The position numbers and the translations under genes are program-made. From Paraspadella gotoi (Eukaryota > Animalia > Chaetognatha), in contig JBJCIZ010000239.1 of NCBI GenBank assembly GCA_051294375.1, positions 4,469,834 through 4,533,833 of the forward strand: 64,000 bases of DNA, in the 5' to 3' direction. Positions 14,840-27,853 of this stretch are shown here, piece after piece. The notes under the pieces were generated by a model. That model had not been told where the DNA came from. It did not search any database and saw only the letters and a list, made by a program, of their open reading frames with translations. How positions within the stretch are numbered: the first letter of the stretch is position 1; every line of letters begins with the position of its first letter.

Positions 14840-15060
14840 CGTCCGCGATGACGACCCGGAAATGCTCCCAACTCGCCGTCCGGAATCTGCGCAGCGGATC
14901 CGATCGTCGACGAACCGTTGGGGGAAGGTCGAAGACGGCTACGTCGTCGTTGTTGTTGTTTTTATGGTTGTTGTCGTTGTAGCGGAATTCTTCGGCAAAA
15001 GCGATAGTCTTCTGTTTGGCAGATTTTTCGTTATTTTCTGTTTCTTCTTTTTCTTTTAAC
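14840..15060 (-). CDS. Unassigned putative exon (further copies at ~14520-14814 + and 15550-15860 -)
   Basis: GC-rich open frame KEETENNEKSAKQKTIAFAEEFRYNDNNHKNNNNDDVAVFDLPPTVRRRSDPLRRFRTASWEHFRVVIAD. The 15.6-kb copy continues to a GTGAG donor near 15555. Confidence 0.35.
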
Positions 15061-17228
15061 GGGAAAACGAATGTACAGGGTGACGCAAAACGAGTATTTT
15101 GGTTGGAACACTAAAAACGAGCTTATTTGTTTTATTTTAAAATTATATTATTTATCTAAAACTATTAAAATATTATAATTTCAAACTTATAAAATGAAAC
15201 AAAAACATTTAAAAAAAAAATTATTATAATATTTTAATATTTTTAATATATTAATTAATAAACTAATCAAAAAATAAGATTAATTAATTTATATTTTAAT
15301 ATTTAATATGAAACAAAAACCTTTTTTTGAATAAAAATAATATAAATATTTTAATCTGTTAAACACTAATACTTTTATAAATATCATTTTACATCGATTA
15401 ATAATATAAAAAAACTCAGTTTTTTTGCTTCACCCTGTCCTCCCTTTTTCTTTCCTTTCCTCCCTTCCTCCTTCCTTTCCTCTTCCATTCTACCTGCTCC
15501 CCGGACTCCTGCCAACTCCCTTCTTTCGCCTCTATTCAGCCATCTCCCTCTCTCACTTGCAGGACATCCGCTCGTATTTCCAATAACGGGTCGAAACTCT
15601 GTCCGCATCCTGAAGTGGCTCGTCCGCGATGACGACCCGGAAATGCTACCCTAACTCGCCGTCCGGAATGCATCGCGCAAGCACGGATCCGATCGTCGAC
15701 GCAACCGTTGGGGGAAGGTCGAAGACGGCTACGTCGTCGTTGTTGTTGTTTTTATTGGTTGCTTGGTCGTGTGGTTGCGGAATCTCTTCGGCAAAAGCGA
15801 TAGTCTTCTGTTTGGCAGATTTTTTCGTTTACATTTGCTGTTTCTTCTTTTCTTTTAAACCCCGGGAGCGAGACGACATGTACGAGGGTGACGCAAAAAC
15901 GAGTATTATGAGGTTGGAACACTAAAAGAGCGAAGCTGTCATTTGTTCTTATCTTTAAAATTAATAGAATTGATTTGAAACTGAGAACATGGAAGATAAA
16001 ATATTATACATCTTCAACTTATAAAATGAAACAAAAACATTTAAAAAAAAAATTATTATAATATTTTAATATTTTTAATATATTTAATTAATAAACTAAG
16101 TCAAAAATAAGATTAATTAATTTATATTTAATATTTAATATGAACAAAAACCTTTTTTGAATAAAAATAATATAAAGTATTTTAATCTGTTAAGAGGAAA
16201 GGTCATTCAGCATAAACAATAGCGTAATCATTGTAATATTGTTAGAGCTAATATATCGAGAAATACCATTATAGTCATCAGTAATCACAAAGAAATAAGT
16301 TCCTTATTTATTTGTGTTCAATTCTGTTTTCAATAATTTTTTTTTAAATGGGTAAATAACAAAATGTTAAAGTTAAATGGGAAGCACGATTTTTTTAAAG
16401 ATTTGTTTTTCAATCTGGTTGTTAAAAAATTCTAGGTAAGAAGTTAAAACACGGTAATGAGAAAAGTTTAGAAGGGGAGAATTAAACAATTAAGTCTCGT
16501 TTATGCTGTTGGTTTTCCAGTCATCGAACAAAATCTTTCATGTTAATATACGATGGGTAAAAGAAATTCGAGCTACAATGAATCTACAACTGACCCATTT
16601 GAAGAGTTGCAGCCTAAAACGACTGAATAATTTGATTACAAAATTTGATGTAGCAAAACTCTCTAAAAACTTTGTAAAAATGTAATAGAGAGACATTTGA
16701 TAAACGTGTTCCAGTTACGAAAGAATTTCAGGGTTAAAGTTTAAAAACGTTTCATTTTCGAAAGGATACACAAGTTGAACCTTTAAAAATGTCTCTCTAT
16801 TAACATTTTTCTAAATTCAGTAATTAAAGAATTCATAAAATAATATCAGATGGGATTGGCCTTTTTCGTTTGACCTGCAACTCTCAGATAGTTTCTTTTT
16901 TTTTATATTATAATTAAAACCGATATAATATGGGGTGAATGCATCAAATCTAAAAGTGAATACATTCTTTTGGAAATCGCCAGGAGCTCAGCTTTCTGAA
17001 ATTTGTACTCCATTTTAGCCTATTTTAAGTTGAAATTGAATGACCCCTTTTTCTTAAACACTAAATACTTTTATAAATTCATTTAAACATCGATTAATAA
17101 TAGTAAAAAAACTCAGTTTTTTTGCTTTTCACCTGTCCCTCCCTTTTTCTTTCCTTCCTCCCTTCCTCCTTCCTTTCCCTCTTCATCTTCCTCCCTTCCT
17201 TTCTCCTTTCCTCTTCACTCCCTCTTCC

Positions 17229-17996
17229 TCATTCTGAGGCGTGAGAATCGAAACACGGAGATGAATCAACGTAGTAAGAGTGATGGCTGGNNNNNNNNNN
17301 NNNNNNNNNNNNNNNAGTGTACGTGATGATGATGATGATCGTGTATCCAGCCCAGTCCCATGTTGAGGCCGTAGATGATGTCGTTCGGGTAGAGGAATTG
17401 ACGTTTGCGGCGAGGACGAGAGGAGGAAGAGGAAGAGGAAGGGGAGGAGGAAGAGGAAGGGGAGGAAGAGGAGGAAAACGAGGAGGAAGTAAATGAAGGA
17501 GAGGAGGAAGAGGAAGAGGAAGTGATAGGGGAGGAAGAGGATAAGGAAGAGGAGGATAACGAGGAGGAAGTAAATGAAGGAGATGAGGAAGAGGAAGATT
17601 TAATCTTCGTTTCTTCCGCTGGGGCTGCTGTATTCTCTGCAACGGGTGACATTTTAACTGCTGCTTTATCCGATAATTCGGACAATCCTGAAAATGCTGC
17701 ATTCGAAGATCGATTTGACCTCCTGGATTCAGTCATTTTTGAAGCCACTGCAGTAGATGGTAGAGACGCTGCTGTCGATGGAGCCGTTTTTGCAGCTGTT
17801 GCGTGAGAAGATAAAGACGCTGCCGTCGATGCAGTAATTTCTGCAGCTGCTGCATTTGAAGGTAAAGACGCGGCTGTCGATGCAGCCATTACTGCAGCTG
17901 CTGCCAGCGATGGTAAAGACGCAGCCCTTTCTAACTGAGTGGCCGCAGTTTTTGCGGCGACGAAACTGCAGGTCTTCGCAGCAAGTAGGAAGTTGG
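17229..17996 (-). CDS. Propeptide unit A: Ala/Ser-rich spacer, poly-Ser, RRKR site, then QFLYPNDIIYGLNMGLGWIHD + His-rich tail
   Basis: ORF 17266-18021. A TTTCAG acceptor ends at 17997 (phase 1 into this frame). Repeated ASTAASLPS motifs. The C-terminus is interrupted by a gap and indels. Confidence 0.7.
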
Positions 17997-18977
17997 CTGA
18001 AATTGAAAAAAAAACGACCAAAAAAGTTCACGAGGCCGTTGGTGAACGATTTGCGAGGAGTTGGTAAACGATCGATCGGGAACTCTATATAACGTCGCTC
18101 TAAATATTAAATTTGAATATATTTCTTGATCAAATCTAATTAAAAAAATTGAATTGATATGTATATTTTTATTGTAAAAAAAATTACACTCTCACAATCG
18201 TGTGTTATGTATACATTGTACAAAAATGGCGAATTGATTGAAAAAAAAGANNNNNNNNNNNNNNNNNNNNNNNNNNNNNNNNNNNNNNNNNNNNNNNNNN
18301 NNNNNNNNNNNNNNNNNNNNNNNNNNNNNNNNNNNNNNNNNNNNNNNNNNNNNNNNNNNNNNNNNNNNNNNNNNNNNNNNNNNNNNNNNNNNNNNNNNNN
18401 NNNNNNNNNNNNNNNNNNNNNNNNNNNNNNNNNNNNNNNNNNNNNNNNNNNNNNNNNNNNNNNNNNNNNNNNNNNNNNNNNNNNNNNNNNNNNNNNNNNN
18501 NNNNNNNNNNNNNNNNNNNNNNNNNNNNNNNNNNNNNNNNNNNNNNNNNNNNNNNNNNNNNNNNNNNNNNNNNNNNNNNNNNNNNNNNNNNNNNNNNNNN
18601 NNNNNNNNNNNNNNNNNNNNNNNNNNNNNNNNNNNNNNNNNNNNNNNNNNNNNNNNNNNNNNNNNNNNNNNNNNNNNNNNNNNNNNNNNNNNNNNNNNNN
18701 NNNNNNNNNNNNNNNNNNNNNNNNNNNNNNNNNNNNNNNNNNNNNNNNNNNNNNNNNNNNNNNNNNNNNNNNNNNNNNNNNNNNNNNNNNNNNNNNNNNN
18801 NNNNNNNNNNNNNNNNNNNNNNNNNNNNNNNNNNNNNNNNNNNNNNNNNNNNNNNNNNNNNNNNNNNNNNNNNNNNNNNNNNNNNNNNNNNNNNNNNNNN
18901 NNNNNNNNNNNNNNNNNNNNNNNNNNNNNNNNNNNNNNNNNNNNNNNNNNNNNNNNNNNNNNNNNNNNNNNTTTTCT

Positions 18978-19060
18978 TTAACTGGTTAACTGGTTAAATG
19001 GTTAACTGGTTGAATGGTTAAATGGTTAAATGGTTAACTGGTTAAATGTTTAATTGGTTT
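18978..19060 (+). repeat. 8-bp minisatellite (TGGTTAAM)n; copies at ~3365-3485 and ~9920-10045
   Basis: About ten units are visible. Confidence 0.85.
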
Positions 19061-19236
19061 ACTTCTTGCTTTCATTCATTTTTTTCTCCCTTTCTGTTTC
19101 TTTCTTCCTTCCTTTCCTTCTTTCTTTATATTTTTCTTTTTTTCTTTTCTTTTGATCTTTCCTTTTTTTCCCATTTTTATACATAGTACTTTTATACTTT
19201 TTTCAGTAATAAACTACGTACGTTAAACGCCTATGT

Positions 19237-19539
19237 TTAAATATAAGTTAAAATATATGAATTGATTACTAAAAGACTAAAAATGTTTCCTTCTAATTTC
19301 GTCTCTTCTTTCCCGCTGACACCTGCCATGTAAGCCGGCGGCGGGGGCGGCACCGGCGGCACCGGCGGCGGCACTACCGGCGGCACCGCGGCGGGCCCGT
19401 AGGCGTTGCCAAGCCCGGCGGTACGCAGCCCATTCCAGGTGTAGTAAGGATGACCAGACGGCCAGTAGTTTCGTTTGCTGCGTCGATGGTTGAGAAGTTT
19501 GATCGCCGGGATGGCGGTATTGGTTGGGACAGGGAAAGG
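19237..19539 (-). CDS. Propeptide unit B: RRSKR site, then NYWPSGHPYYTWNGLRTAGLGNAYG + Pro/Val-rich tail
   Basis: GC-rich open frame up to the gap at 19540. Noisy copies at ~3750-3985 and ~9400-9660. Confidence 0.6.
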   Translation of the reverse strand, partial: PFPVPTNTAIPAIKLLNHRRSKRNYWPSGHPYYTWNGLRTAGLGNAYGPAAVPPVVPPPVPPVPPPPPAYMAGVSGKEETKLEGNIFSLLVINSYILTYI

Positions 19540-20854
19540 NNNNNNNNNNNNNNNNNNNNNNNNNNNNNNNNNNNNNNNNNNNNNNNNNNNNNNNNNNNNN
19601 NNNNNNNNNNNNNNNNNNNNNNNNNNNNNNNNNNNNNNNNNNNNNNNNNNNNNNNNNNNNNNNNNNNNNNNNNNNNNNNNNNNNNNNNNNNNNNNNNNNN
19701 NNNNNNNNNNNNNNNNNNNNNNNNNNNNNNNNNNNNNNNNNNNNNNNNNNNNNNNNNNNNNNNNNNNNNNNNNNNNNNNNNCGTGGGTCGTACAATCCAA
19801 CAATTGAAGCAACTTACTAAATTGTATTTCTTTCGCCTTCCCCACACAAGTTGCATTAAAGAAATATTTTTTTTAACTTTATCGTCTATTTTTAATGTCA
19901 AATATGAAATCGTGAAATAGTAAATATGGACAATTCAAACAAAAGGAAAAGAGCTTCAACATTTTCTCTATTTAAGCCATTTGTTTTTCAATTAAGTATT
20001 TGACAATGTGCTCTCGTTAAAAGATAAACCTTCAACTATTCTTTTAAACATTTTTTTTCAAAGCACTGAGTAATCAATAATACAGAGGCAGAAAACGAAA
20101 TATTAAAAGACGCCAGTTTTGTTTCTTGAATTACAATTAAGATATAATTACAATTAAAATTTTAGTTTTTTGGATAACAGTCAAACTTATTTTTATTCAA
20201 ATATTAAATGTGACATGCCATGCTTCATTTGCGTGTGCGTGAATAATAACGTAATTCATGCTCATTCAATTATTTTTTTTTTGCTTGAAAAATGGTAATC
20301 TTGGTGGGAAATATTATATGAAAATCATGCTGGTAATTTTATTGTTTTAAAATAATAAAATGTAAAGAATAAAAAAATTTGAGCAAAAAATATTAATATA
20401 TAAAGATGCATTAGATTTTAAAGTAGGAGAAAGATTAATTAAGAACAAAGGCCAACCAAAAGATGCAGAGCCAGATGCTGTAAAGAGAAATGGTCTAAAA
20501 CGGATATCACTGGAAGAGAAAAAGCATTCGAAAGAGGTAATGCAAGGAGGAATATGTAAAAATGCCAACTATGAAAAATCTATATATATTTAAGTAGTAT
20601 CTATTTTAAAAAGCTCGAATAATGCTTGAACGAAGGAACACAAAATTGACATTGCTGTCAAATCTCGAAGAGGAGAAAGCCCATGCTCTTGAGAGTCATA
20701 ACATACATTAAAAATAATTTAAATGTAATTTCTATATTGTGACAAATTCGTAAATATGTGAGAAGAGGCAGCAAGGCAGTTAACTTGTTTCTTAAACCCA
20801 ATTAACCAACCGTTTAACCATTGAACCAACCCTTATTTTCCTAAGACGTTTTGA

Positions 20855-21310
20855 TTAACCCCACATCGTCGGGAAGAATATTCCCAATTGATGGTGGCTG
20901 TGATGGTGGTGAGGGTGGTGATGGTGGTGATGACCGTGACTGTGATGGTGATGACCGTGACTATGATGGTGATGATGATGCCCGTGACTATGATGGTGGT
21001 GCCCGTGATGGTGGTGATAGCTGTGATGACGGTGATGGCTGTGATGGTGATGTTCGTCTATCCAAATTCCTCCCATTCCGTATCCGAATCCCCCGGGGCG
21101 ATAGTAATAACCCAAACCCCAACCCCATCCGTTGCCACCAAATTGTCGCTTGGTTCGGTGACGGAAAGAGGGGAAGGCCAGTTTGATATCGTTGTTGTTG
21201 TTATTGTCAAGGCCGTTGTAGCTGAGAGCTCGTTCTTTTTTTTTGGGGGGGGGAGGGGAGGAAGTAGGGATTCGATTTTGATGTCGGGACGAGTTGATGT
21301 TGGGTGGCAA
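20855..21310 (-). CDS. Propeptide unit C: RTKR site, then QFGGNGWGWGLGYYYRPGGFGYGMGGIWIDE + long His/Gly/Ser tail
   Basis: Intact 151-codon frame; the true start is not identified. Noisy copies at ~5350-5900 and ~7440-7970. Confidence 0.8.
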   Translation of the reverse strand: MPPNINSSRHQNRIPTSSPPPPKKKERALSYNGLDNNNNNDIKLAFPSFRHRTKRQFGGNGWGWGLGYYYRPGGFGYGMGGIWIDEHHHHSHHRHHSYHHHHGHHHHSHGHHHHHHSHGHHHHSHGHHHHHHPHHHHSHHQLGIFFPTMWG

Positions 21311-22355
21311 GGTTCGGTAATAGGATTAAGTTTATACGTAAGGTTATGAGATTTGGGTTATTTGGTATTAGTTTTGAGAAATGGAATCAATATTTGTTCA
21401 CCAATTAAGGGCATGAGTTTATTTTGGTGTCAAGGTTAAAGTTAATGGGAAAGGAAGCAGTGATAAGAAATTTTCGAGGGTAGTCAGATTTGGTCAGGCA
21501 TTGAGATTTTGGCATGAGGAAGATGGATAAATGTTTTGGGGCAAAGGGATAACAATCCAGACAAAAAAAAGAGAGAAACTAATTAATTTATATCAAAATG
21601 TGCTTAGCTACAATAAAACAAACTATTTTTAGTTTTTCTGGCAAAAGTAGTTTGGGTATTTAAAAAGCCTCAGTCATAAGAAAGTAACAGAAATCATATT
21701 TTAAATTCAAAACTTTTTTGATGTTGGTCAGAAAATGTGAAAACAGAGATGGATTAAGAAATAAAGATAGAGTTATGAAGTAATTTAACAATTTTTTTAT
21801 ATATAATAATAAGTTAAACATTTTTGCCTGAAAAAAATACACATATATTTTCTATTAAGATAAAGATTTTTTTTTACTTNNNNNNNNNNAGATGCATTAG
21901 ATTTTAAAGTAGAGAAAATTATTAGAGAACAAAGGCCAACAAAAATGCAGAGCCAGATGCTGTAAAGAACAGTAATGGTAAAAGTACCGAAGAAATGCCA
22001 TTGAAAGAGGTAATCAAAAATATGTAAAAATGCCATAGAAAAATCATTAAAAATATATTTTTAAAAGCGATATGCTTGAAGAAGGAACACAAAATTGACA
22101 TGCCGTCAAATTCGAAGAGGAGAAAAAGCCATGCTCTTGAGAGTCATAAACATACATTGAAATAATTTAAATGTAATTTCTATATTGTACAAATTCGTAA
22201 ATATTCTGGAAGAGGCAGCAGGCAGTTAACTTGTTTTTTTAACCAATTAACCCGTTTAACCATTGAACCAACCCTTATTTTCCTAAGACGTTTTGATTAA
22301 CAAAAAAAAGAGAGAGATAAAAGATTTTTTTTACTTAAAAAAATTAATGAATTCA

Positions 22356-22498
22356 AATTGAAACTAAAGACAAAGTCTTGATACAGCAACGATTTTTTTT
22401 TATTGTACAGGCCTTGAAGGCTTGAATGAAAGCCGAAACTTGTCTGTACAATAAAATAAAATTGTTGCTGTATCAAGACTTTGTCTTTAGTTTCAATT
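22356..22498. repeat. Short inverted repeat: 55-bp arms (22356-22410 / 22444-22498), 33-bp spacer; MITE- or hairpin-like
   Basis: The arms match at 53/55 positions by eye. Confidence 0.9.
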
Positions 22499-22615
22499 AT
22501 CTAAAACACAACCGAAAGAAAGTTTAATCACAATGAATTTCCAAATTAAATCAAATATTTTTTTTTTTAAAAATGGGTCGATAAGAATCAGACAGACTTT
22601 ATGAATGTCATCCCA

Positions 22616-23085
22616 TTACCAAGAGGAATGATGATGATGGTGGCCATGATGAATGATTGGCCATGGTGATGATGGCCATGATGATAGATGGCCATGGTGA
22701 TGATGATGACCATGATGATGATGGCCATGGTGATGATGGCCATGATGATTGATGCGAGTGATCAGAATGATGATGGCGGTGATGACTGTGATGATGACTG
22801 TGATGGCTGTGATGGTGCCGCGTGACTGTGATGGTGATGGCCGTGACTGTGATGATGGTGCCCGTGAGATGGTGATAGCTGTGGTGCCCGTGATGGCTGT
22901 GATGGTGATGTTTCGTCTATCCAAATTCCTCCCATGCCGTATCCGAATCCCCCGGGGCGATAGTAATAACCCAAACCCCACACCCATCCGTTTGCCCACC
23001 AAATTGTCGCTTGGTTCGGTGACGGAAAATAGGGGAAGGCCAGTTTGATATTTTTTATGTTGATGATGTTGTTGTTGTGACTCAA
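22616..23085 (-). CDS. Propeptide unit D, close paralog of C (IKLAFP.FRHRTKRQF...GLGYYYRPGGFGYGMGGIWIDE; HHGHHH repeats; ends HHHHSSW*)
   Basis: Near identity to 21040-21190 with different flanks and tail. Several indels, probably sequencing errors. Confidence 0.7.
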
Positions 23086-24411
23086 AATTCGTTCTGGGTC
23101 ACGATGGGACGGTTGGAAACGGGGAAAAAGACGAAATAACGGACAATGAAAAAGGGGAAATGTATTGAATTTATATTAATATTTGGTTATATATCTTTTA
23201 TATATATAGCGTTTAATACTGATGCTATGAACATTTTTTTTTAAACCAATGCTGATAAATTTATTAAAGTTCATTAAAGAAAATTTTTCAATTTAAAAGT
23301 AGGAAGAAATCAAAAAGAAGAAAATGATGTTATTGGAAGTGTGAAAAATGTCCACAAACAAGCTTTGAAGATTCTGTTTAGTACCAATAGTTTAAAAGCA
23401 GAACATAAACTCATAACCAAAAGAAAAAGAAACACTTTTATTATAACTTTTTCCNNNNNNNNNNNNNNNNNNNNNNNNNNNNNNNNNNNNNNNNNNNNNN
23501 NNNNNNNNNNNNNNNNNNNNNNNNNNNNNNNNNNNNNNNNNNNNNNNNNNNNNNNNNNNNNNNNNNNNNNNNNNNNNNNNNNNNNNNNNNNNNNNNNNNN
23601 NNNNNNNNNNNNNNNNNNNNNNNNNNNNNNNNNNNNNNNNNNNNNNNNNNNNNNNNNNNNNNNNNNNNNNNNNNNNNNNNNNNNNNNNNNNNNNNNNNNN
23701 NNNNNNNNNNNNNNNNNNNNNNNNNNNNNNNNNNNNNNNNNNNNNNNNNNNNNNNNNNNNNNNNNNNNNNNNNNNNNNNNNNNNNNNNNNNNNNNNNNNN
23801 NNNNNNNNNNNNNNNNNNNNNNNNNNNNNNNNNNNNNNNNNNNNNNNNNNNNNNNNNNNNNNNNNNNNNNNNNNNNNNNNNNNNNNNNNNNNNNNNNNNN
23901 NNNNNNNNNNNNNNNNNNNNNNNNNNNNNNNNNNNNNNNNNNNNNNNNNNNNNNNNNNNNNNNNNNNNNNNNNNNNNNNNNNNNNNNNNNNNNNNNNNNN
24001 NNNNNNNNNNNNNNNNNNNNNNNNNNNNNNNNNNAAAGTGAAATCTAATTCGATTTTTTATGAAGTTTTTTTTTCAGCGAAAAACATATTTAAATGAAGA
24101 TATAGTAAATAGCAAAGAAAACAAAACCTGGCCATATTTTGCAAAATCGCCTCATTTCTGCTCTCGCTCTTAATTAATTTAGTATTTATCATTACGAATT
24201 AAGCTGATTGAAATAAATATAAAGATTATTGTTAGGCTTAACATTAGGCTCAAGGGTTGTACTAATAACTTTATACAAAATTAATGCTACCATAAATATA
24301 TTTCAATCAAAACTAACTTCAGCGATGAAAAAACAGAAATGAAGGCACTTTCGTAAAATAGCGCCCCGAAAAGAAAAAAACAACCTTATATTCATTCCTC
24401 TCTTCTCGCCA

Positions 24412-24995
24412 TCACCAAGAGGAATGGTGATGATGATATCCCCTGTAGTGACCGTGATGTCCGTGATGATGATGATAATCGCGGTGAGAGTGATGTGAAT
24501 GATGATGATGATGATCTATCCATCCCCAGAAGGGAAAGGAGAATCCGAATCCACCGCCGAAGAAAGGAGAACTGGGGAAGAAGGGACGATCGTTCCGGGA
24601 AGAAGGGACGATCGTTCCGAGTTTCATTAGATTTCGCTTCATTTCATTTCATTTTATTTTATCTCAACATCACCATCATTATCTTCCTCAAAATCTTCTA
24701 CATCATCATTATAATCATCTACATCATTATTATAATCTTCTACATCATCATTATAACCATCTACGTCATCATTATAATCATCTACATCATTATAATCATC
24801 TACATCGTCATTATAATCTTCTACATCATCCTCAACATCACCATCATTCCTCATAATCGCCATGATTATCATCGCGATTACCCGTAGCCGAGTCCGTAGC
24901 CGAGTCCGTACGGGTATCCACCCAATCCGTACGGATATCCGAATCCAAACTGACGTTTCTGACGAGAGCGACGTGGTTCGTACGACAATTCTTGT
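24412..24995 (-). CDS. Propeptide unit E, two exons (~24995-24882 and 24571-24412): RQKR, then QFGFGYPYGLGGYPYGLGYGLGYG/SPFFGGGFGFSFPFWGWIDHHHHH...HHHHSSW*
   Basis: GG|GTAATC donor at 24881, CTAAT branch-like motif, and pyrimidine tract CCCCAG acceptor at 24572. Splicing joins GG+T in frame. Confidence 0.75.
24660..24845. repeat. 21-bp intronic minisatellite (CATCATTATAATCWTCTACAT-like)
   Basis: About seven units; reads (DDVEDYN)n on the minus strand. Confidence 0.8.
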
Positions 24996-26235
24996 TCTTT
25001 TGTTTAGTTTTTTTGTCGAGTTTTTTTTTATTTTGTTTTGTATTTGTTTAATTTTTTGTTTTGTTTTGTTTTTTAGTTTCGTTGTATTTTTTTATTATTA
25101 AATGAAGAATGAAAAACAAGAATTGAAATGAAATTAGTTACGGAAGATAAAAAAATATACTAATGTTTTTATGGTACAATCGTTTTTTTTTTTTTCAAAA
25201 ATAAATTATCTCAATGGAAGAATTATGTAAAGTTTTTAAAGTTTCATTGACATTAAACGTTTCAATCATTCTAACTGTTTTCTATTTTAGCGTATCGAAT
25301 CCTATTAACTCAAACTAAATCATAATGAAAGATTTAACAAAACATTTTTGTCCAAATTTTCGTGTTCTGCCGACTTCAAGTTTTTTTTAATTTTAACAAT
25401 ATTTTGTGTTGAATATTCATCAGAATTATGCATAAAATGTAAGAAAAATAAATAGACAATCATATTTTTTTTGAGCATCGGTACAGATGTGCTTTTCAAA
25501 TGAATGATTGGCAGCTTTGCGTCGCCACAAAAAAGAATAAAATGAAAAACCCCCAAAAATAGGGGACACTCTGCGACTAATTAAAACTTCTAGTTTTATT
25601 GATAAATTTTAAAATTACAATCGAAAAGAAAATTAATAACGTAAATTAACGCAAATTAACTTAAATTAAACTGTGCGTGCGATAACTCTGCAAACGGTCA
25701 TTTTTTCAAACGAAAACACATTTATTTTTTTTTTACCATTAAAATCAGGATGGGTACAGTTTTGTTGAAAAAAAATTATCATTTTTGCAAATGAAACATT
25801 CAATAAAGATATGCAATGGAAGAAATTAAAGACCCGTGAAAAAGATAATTGTAAATAGAGGACTAGTGAGAAAAAAGGAAGCCGTTGTATTTTACAACGA
25901 AATAATTATTACGTTGTGAATGTAATTCCAATCGTAAAATAAACAAAAATAAATGTAATTTACGAATGTAAAATGTAAAAAATAAAATCGATAGGAGCGG
26001 AGCCTTTTTACTTTCTCACTAATCATCATCGTCAGTGTGATTAAATAAGTAATATTAACAGACATTAATAATAATAATAATAGACAATACGTGTAAGTAT
26101 TTTTGAAAATAAAACGGAAGGGGAAACGAACAAAATTTTGAGATTCAATGGGGACAATAATTTCTATCTCCCTGTCTTTCTCTCTCTCGCTCTCTCTCTT
26201 TCTCTCAAAAAGGACTTTGTCGTCGTCGTCTTCAT

Positions 26236-26370
<135 letters not shown>

Positions 26371-27179
26371 GCTTGGCGGTGGCGGCCGGGGCTGAGGCTG
26401 GTTCAAGTCTGGTCAATGCCGTTCCAATGCAGTTGAATGCTGTTCTGATACCGTCGAATGCTGTTCCGTGTTGAGCGAATCACTGTAATCAAAATTTAAT
26501 CCAGAAAAGAGAATAATTTAATATTTGGAGATCGAGATGGAACGGGTTAGTGCGTGCAAAGTTGACAAGATGATTGACAAGCGGATTGCAGATTGCTGTG
26601 CGTCAGTGTGGGAAGTTTTACGTATGCGGTTTTGGATTTGGGTTAAGTATGTAGCGAGCACGTGTGCGATTTCTGAGCAGAATTAAAAACTAAGGGAAGA
26701 AGGCTAAGTATCTATGTATGTGAGATTGCTGGGGGATTTCTTACAAATATCCATAAAAAAATACGGACAGAAAGTTTAGATTATGTTATATTTATATTTA
26801 TATTTATTTATATTAAAAATACTACTATATACTATTGAATTTTGTTTTTTTTAATTATTACAAAGACAAGGACTATAATAAAAATAAAAATAATTATAAA
26901 AAAAATAACGAATGCTAGTAAACAATCTCGATCATAAATAGTGAAAACAATAGAGGAAAGTAAATGAAACAAAAAACATAACAAAACTAAATCAAAATAT
27001 GGTGCCAGGGACAACAGAAACAAGAACGGAAATTCAAATGTTGTGTTTCGCCGGAATAATTTTGTTTTCCCGTGAATTTCCGAGAAAATCCGAAAATATT
27101 CGATTCAGACGATAAAATCTTTCTTCTTAACACTTTTTCAATTTTTCTAATCTTACGTTTTTTTTTTAATTCGTTTCCA

Positions 27180-27403
27180 TCAGTGATGGTGTCCGTGATG
27201 ATGATGATGATGATGATGATAACTGTCGTGGCTGTGATGGTGATGATTATGATGATGATGGTGGCTGTCGTGACTGTGATGATGATGATGGTGAGAGTTG
27301 TGATGCCAACCCCAGAAAAGGTAGGGAAATCCCCAAAATTGACGTTTCGTTCGGGATTTGATGGAGTTGTCAGTCACTTTTTTTGATGTAGTAGACAGAG
27401 GAG
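27180..27403 (-). CDS. Propeptide unit F: RTKR site, then QFWGFPYLFWGWHHNSHHHHHH...GHHH*
   Basis: Clean frame up to the gap at 27404. Inverted noisy copies at ~28670-28890 and ~31470-31690. Confidence 0.78.
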
Positions 27404-27544
27404 NNNNNNNNNNNNNNNNNNGGGGGTTATGGGGTCATTTGGGGGATTGAGGGTGGGTCAGGTGGACGATTACGAAGGTGGGTTGGATATGGGGAGAAGC
27501 GGGGATATTGGGTAAGTAAAAATGGGAATGGGCACGGTCGAAGA

Positions 27545-27760
27545 GAATGGGTAAGTTAATGGGCGAGGTTAATGGGAAATGCGAAGTTATTGGGCATGGT
27601 TAATTGGAATTGGTGGGTTAATGGGTATGGTTAATTGGAATTGGTATGTTAATGGGTATGGTTAAAGGGAATTGGCAAGTTAATAGGAATGGTTAAAAGG
27701 AATTGGCAAGTTAATGGGCATGGTTGATGAGAATTGACATGTTAAAAAGAATGGTTAATG
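27545..27760 (+). repeat. 31-bp minisatellite (GTTAATGGGCATGGTTGATGAGAATTGGCAA and variants); longer inverted copies at ~28040-28510 and ~30842-31312
   Basis: Three consecutive 31-nt units counted at 27648-27740; variants alternate. Confidence 0.85.
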
Positions 27761-27853
27761 ATTAATGGACAATTTTAAGTGAGTTAAGATCGAATAGAAA
27801 TAGAAAAGTAAAAGTAAAAAATAAAAATNNNNNNNNNNNNNNNNNNNNNNNNN

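Noticed and set aside
14422-16200. Apparent triplication/inversion of an exon around the 14815 gap
   Set aside because: These are overlapping contig and read ends joined across a gap; an assembly artefact.
17729-18031. Cys-rich ORF (CIDS/CSSC repeats) resembling a metallothionein or toxin
   Set aside because: It is a shifted frame of Ala codons (GCT/GCA); the Ala/Ser frame is the one that runs through to RRKR-QF.
20851-21349. Plus-strand DGD- and MVM-rich ORFs
   Set aside because: They are antisense shadows of His codons.
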